A stretch of 64,000 bases of DNA, taken from the NCBI GenBank assembly GCA_012728095.1, contig JAAYFU010000022.1, positions 33,350-97,349 on the forward strand. Direction: 5' to 3'. Under the pieces are notes generated by a model. It worked only from the letters and a program-made list of their open reading frames with translations, did not search any database and was not told the DNA's origin. Position numbers and translations under genes: made by a program. Each line of letters starts with the position of its first letter. Position 1 is the stretch's first letter. The DNA comes from Clostridiaceae bacterium. GTDB lineage: Bacteria; Bacillota; Clostridia; DSM-8532. Shown here one piece after another: positions 60,495-64,000 of the stretch.

Positions 60495-61691
60495 TTAAAG
60501 TATTTTATCGCAGACAGAACTGAATTTGCCGTCGCTAACTGTTATGACAAGTTTATCACCAGGCTCCAGTCCTTTGACCGAACGTATTAGCCTGCCGGCT
60601 TCATCCTGAATGACTCCATATCCCCTGCTTAATACTGTAAGAGGACTTAAAGCATTCAGCTTTGCTATTGTTGTCTTTAACGAGGTCTTGTATCTGTCCA
60701 ATTGGGTTCTGCCATGAAGTATCAGGTTTCTTTCAACAGCATCCAGGCTCTGTCTTTTTTGATTGATCAATTCCATAGGTTTCTGAAGACATCTTGCGTT
60801 TTGCAACCTTGATAATCTGTCTCTTTCCTTTTTAAGTGAAAACAATAAACAATTAAGAAGTCTCTTTTCATATGTAGCCAAAGCCTCCTGCAAAGCCTTT
60901 TTTTCAGGCATAACAAGTTCTGCCGCGGCAGAAGGCGTTGGAGCCCTTAAGTCAGCGACAAAATCTGATATTGAGTAATCAGTTTCATGGCCTACCGCTG
61001 AAATTATTGGAATTTCAGATTTTGAAATGGCAATCGCCAGACTCTCTTCGTTAAAAGGCCATAAATCCTCGAGGGAACCGCCGCCGCGGGCAAGAATAAT
61101 TACGTCTACATTCCGGACCTTGTTAAAATACCTGATGCCGTCAGCCAACTGCATGGCCGCCTCGGCTCCCTGGACGGCAGTGCCGTATACAATTACCCTT
61201 GCATTTGGATATCTTCTGTTCAATACATTAATTATATCCCTGATAACCGCGCCGGTAGGCGATGTTATTACTCCGATTGCCCGAGGCAGCATCGGTATCT
61301 TTTTTTTTCGGGCCGTATCAAAAAGGCCCTGGGCTTCCAGCTTCTTTTTTAGCTGTTCAAATGCCATATATAAGGCTCCGGTGCCGTCGGGCTGCATAGA
61401 ATCCACATAAAGCTGATATGCCCCGCCTAAAGGATAAACAGAAACATATCCCCTGACCAATACACGCATTCCTTCTTCAGGTCTGAATTTCAGCCTGCTG
61501 TTTTGCGTTCTGAACATTACACATTTTATTACCGCTCCCTGATCTTTCAGGGAAAAATACATATGTCCGGAGGTATGGAATTTGTAATTGGAGATCTCGC
61601 CGGTTACCCAGACATTAGAAAGCAGCATGTCGCTGTCAACAAGCTGCTTAATATATGTTGTTAATTCAGTTACGGTCAATGTTTTTTCCAT
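60495..61691 (-). CDS. xseA: Exodeoxyribonuclease VII large subunit
   Basis: 398 aa. OB-fold N-terminus (VWVTGEISNYKFHTSGHMYFSLKD), catalytic region (IGVITSPTGAVIRD, ARGGGSLEDLW). Paired with xseB. Confidence 0.93.
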   Translation of the reverse strand: MEKTLTVTELTTYIKQLVDSDMLLSNVWVTGEISNYKFHTSGHMYFSLKDQGAVIKCVMFRTQNSRLKFRPEEGMRVLVRGYVSVYPLGGAYQLYVDSMQPDGTGALYMAFEQLKKKLEAQGLFDTARKKKIPMLPRAIGVITSPTGAVIRDIINVLNRRYPNARVIVYGTAVQGAEAAMQLADGIRYFNKVRNVDVIILARGGGSLEDLWPFNEESLAIAISKSEIPIISAVGHETDYSISDFVADLRAPTPSAAAELVMPEKKALQEALATYEKRLLNCLLFSLKKERDRLSRLQNARCLQKPMELINQKRQSLDAVERNLILHGRTQLDRYKTSLKTTIAKLNALSPLTVLSRGYGVIQDEAGRLIRSVKGLEPGDKLVITVSDGKFSSVCDKIL

Positions 61692-62125
61692 TATTGTTCC
61701 TCCGAATCAGCAGCGGCATTATCCGCCAGTTCGGCATATATCTTACCTAAAACACCGTTAACAAATGTTTTCGATTGGTCGCCGCTGTATTTTTTAGCCA
61801 ATTCAACAGCCTCATTTATTGATACGTTAACCGGAATATCATTCCTGTATTTCATTTCGAAACAGGAAAGCCGCATAATGGCCAGATCTACTTTGGGCAT
61901 TCTTTGAACGGTCCATCCCTTGGCATGTTTTGAGATAAGGTGATCCAGTTCCTCAACGTTTTCAATAACACCGTTTACCACGTCAATAAAATACTCTTTA
62001 TCCTGTTCCCTGGTTATTTCATGTTCTTCAATGAACCGACTAATCTGTTCTTCAATGTCGTCCTTTTGTATCTGAACCTGGTAAAGCAGTTTCATTGCGT
62101 TTTCCCGTGCTTCTCTTCTTCCCAA
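61691..62125 (-). CDS. nusB: Transcription antitermination factor NusB
   Basis: 144 aa. RREARENAMKLLYQ and INEAVELAKKY...FVNGVLG motifs. Confidence 0.93.
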   Translation of the reverse strand: MGRREARENAMKLLYQVQIQKDDIEEQISRFIEEHEITREQDKEYFIDVVNGVIENVEELDHLISKHAKGWTVQRMPKVDLAIMRLSCFEMKYRNDIPVNVSINEAVELAKKYSGDQSKTFVNGVLGKIYAELADNAAADSEEQ

Positions 62126-62196
62126 GGTTGTCCCTCCGTATCCTTTGCTTCAAGGATCATAAAAGTGATAAATATCATATATCGATTATAACTACG

Positions 62197-62937
62197 TCAG
62201 GCTTTCTTAGCAATATAAAAAATGCGTTCTTCACGGTCGGAGGGCGGATCAAAGCTTAAATCCCCAAACTCGCCGATAAGGGTTAATCCCGAAGAAGCAA
62301 GAGCCTCCGTAATCTCCTCACCCGTATAGGCTTTTTCTATATGAGTTTCGTCATATCGCCGATACAGACCGTCTTCATTCCTGACAAAAAAGGTAATGTC
62401 AAATGTCGTGGTCCTGTCTTTATCATCGTATGTATTTATCCATACCCATGAAATATCTTCGTCAAGTTCATAGAAGGTATTGCTGCCAAGTACGGTGGAA
62501 AGCTTGTAATGACTGTTAACGTCAAAGATAAACAGTCCGCCGGGATTAAGATAATTATGTACCAATTTAAATACTTTTTTAAGTTCCTGCAGGGAAATAA
62601 TATAATTAATGGAATCCAGAAGACAAATAACGGCATCCACTGTTCCATACAATTCAAAAGACCGCATGTCCTGATTTATAAATAGTATGTCCGCATTGGC
62701 TTTAAGCGCTTTTTGATATGCCTTGTCAAGCATCGAGACCGAAGAGTCAAGAGCAATCATGTCATATCCTCTTTTTGACATCTCAACAGCCAGGCTCCCG
62801 GTCCCGCAGCCAAGCTCCAGTATCAGTTTCGGATTCTTCCCAAACCTGCAAAAGGCTGATTGCAAATAATCAGCCCATTTGGTGTAATTGATGTCATGTG
62901 TCAACCGGTCGTAAAAATCTGCAAAACTGGTGTACAT
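62197..62937 (-). CDS. Class I SAM-dependent methyltransferase
   Basis: ILELGCGTGSLAVEMSKRGYDMIALDSS is SAM motif I. I prefer ATG 62937, because the track start at 62988 would overlap the unlisted SASP gene. Confidence 0.75.
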   Translation of the reverse strand: MYTSFADFYDRLTHDINYTKWADYLQSAFCRFGKNPKLILELGCGTGSLAVEMSKRGYDMIALDSSVSMLDKAYQKALKANADILFINQDMRSFELYGTVDAVICLLDSINYIISLQELKKVFKLVHNYLNPGGLFIFDVNSHYKLSTVLGSNTFYELDEDISWVWINTYDDKDRTTTFDITFFVRNEDGLYRRYDETHIEKAYTGEEITEALASSGLTLIGEFGDLSFDPPSDREERIFYIAKKA

Positions 62938-62953
62938 ATAAATTACCTGCAGC

Positions 62954-63109
62954 TTAAATTGCCTTTGATTTCTTTTTTCTGGATACAAGGCCTCCTATTC
63001 GCCCTGTTTCCTTTGAACTTAGGCTTTTCCAACCCTGAGTCTGAATTTTTTCCAACAGGCCCAGCTCTTTGGCTATTTCCAGTTTAAGCTGTTCATCCTT
63101 CTTTGTCAT
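62954..63109 (-). CDS. Small acid-soluble spore protein, alpha/beta type (short, 51 aa; below the ORF-track cutoff)
   Basis: My translation is MTKKDEQLKLEIAKELGLLEKIQTQGWKSLSSKETGRIGGLVSRKKKSKAI. LEIAKELGL and LSSKETGRIGG match the two SASP blocks. RBS GGGGTGA lies 6 nt upstream of the ATG at 63109; the TAA stop is at 62954-62956. Confidence 0.78.
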   Translation of the reverse strand: MTKKDEQLKLEIAKELGLLEKIQTQGWKSLSSKETGRIGGLVSRKKKSKAI

Positions 63110-63129
63110 ATTTTATCACCCCATGAAAC

Positions 63130-63158
63130 ATTATTGCCAATCATATTCATGGGTATTC
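63130..63158 (-). promoter_or_regulatory. Candidate forespore (sigma-G/F-type) promoter of the short SASP gene
   Basis: Minus strand: GAATA (63158-63154), 17 nt, CAATAAT (63136-63130). The same GCAATAAT box occurs about 25 nt upstream of the RBS of the other SASP gene (near 2567-2574). Confidence 0.35.
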
Positions 63159-63175
63159 AGTAACAGTAAATGTCT

Positions 63176-64000
63176 TTATTCATTTATTTTTGCAATGACT
63201 TCCGCAATGGCCGCTTTCAGCTGGTCGTCCTTATCATGGGGTATGTCTTCAATTGGGGTGGTATTAAACTCTTCACTCAATTCAACCTCAATATCAGGGC
63301 TTACCCCTTCTCCATGTATGCTTCTGCCGGAAGGCGTATAGTAAACGGCTTTCGTATATTTAAGGCCGCCGCCGTTGGTAAAGCCTGTGTCAATTTCCTG
63401 TACAAGGCCTTTACCATAGGTCCTGGTCCCTACAATAACACCCTTGCCATAATCCTGGATACATGCGGCAAGTATTTCCGAAGCGCTGGCACTGTATCCG
63501 TTGACAAGCACTGCCAAAGGCAATTCCAATTCTCTTTCGTCTGAGAATTGTTCGCTCCTGTTCTTATAACGGTCTTCGGTATAAACAATAAGTCCCTTTG
63601 GCACAATCCGGTCTGCAATCCGGACAACCTGATAATACGAACCCCCGGGATTATCTCTCAGGTCTATTATCAAGCCTTTGATTCCGTCTGCCATAAGACT
63701 GTTCAGATGTTGTTCAAAATCCTGGTAAATATCGTCATCAAACTGTTTGATGTGTATATATCCAATATCGTTATCCAGGATTTCGCTTGAAATCCATGAT
63801 ATATTAATAACTCTTCTTATCATTTCAAATTCCATATATTTTCTCTCATCTGGCCTGTATACGGTAATTCTTACCTTAGTATTAGGTTCTCCTTTAATCT
63901 TCTTCACTATCAGGTCAGCATCCCTTATTGCAGTTACATCTTCGTCATCAACTTTCACGATTTTGTCATTCTTAAGGATTCCTGCCTCCTTGGCCGGAGA
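63176..64000 (-). CDS. S41-family C-terminal processing peptidase (CtpA/CtpB-like), C-terminal portion; gene continues past the window end
   Basis: The reading frame is open to position 64000 (…SPAKEAGILKNDKIVKVDDEDV, a PDZ domain). The S41 catalytic region VNGYSASASEILA...GTRTYGKGLVQ is present. Confidence 0.88.
   Translation of the reverse strand, partial: SPAKEAGILKNDKIVKVDDEDVTAIRDADLIVKKIKGEPNTKVRITVYRPDERKYMEFEMIRRVINISWISSEILDNDIGYIHIKQFDDDIYQDFEQHLNSLMADGIKGLIIDLRDNPGGSYYQVVRIADRIVPKGLIVYTEDRYKNRSEQFSDERELELPLAVLVNGYSASASEILAACIQDYGKGVIVGTRTYGKGLVQEIDTGFTNGGGLKYTKAVYYTPSGRSIHGEGVSPDIEVELSEEFNTTPIEDIPHDKDDQLKAAIAEVIAKINE

Overview
This 64-kb window is a core-chromosome segment of a low-GC, endospore-forming anaerobic Firmicute (Clostridia-like). 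Almost all genes are on the minus strand. I found no rRNA, tRNA, CRISPR array, transposase, integrase or recognisable defence genes. Minus-strand content by increasing coordinate: fliF(partial)/fliE/flgC/flgB; ytfJ-ytfI; scpB-scpA; trpS; the complete spoIIIAH-AA operon; a PrsA-like gene; mfd; an M50 protease; dgkA-ybeY-pgpH-phoH-yqfD-yqfC; a PdaA-like deacetylase; two DUF881 genes; ligA; an amidase; gpr; uvrC; an HPr-like gene; rnfBAEGDC; type III glutamine synthetase; a GGDEF protein; rlmB-mrnC; leuS-rsfS; a decayed signal peptidase I; then tlyA-dxs-oapA-[RNA]-PAP2-ispA-xseB-xseA-nusB and a partial S41 peptidase. Plus-strand genes are a SASP, rpsT, a DUF192 gene, a four-gene Na+-translocating oxaloacetate decarboxylase operon and a transglutaminase-like gene. 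The most notable feature is a ~614-nt ORF-free, G+C-enriched, highly structured minus-strand region (58203-58816) between ispA/PAP2 and a membrane-protein gene upstream of dxs. I interpret it as an OLE (ornate, large, extremophilic) RNA with its partner gene oapA. OLE is a described RNA class whose function is still poorly understood and which is easily missed in annotation. Other points worth a second look: a degenerate palindromic intergenic repeat family (core GTCATTCTGAGCGAAGCGAAGAATC) at four loci; a signal peptidase I gene broken by two compensating frameshifts; a leader terminator in front of glnN; a candidate Rex operator in the rnf/oad divergent region; an HPr-like protein lacking His15; and an unlisted 51-aa SASP gene. 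All functional calls rest on my reading of the translations and on synteny; no database search was run.
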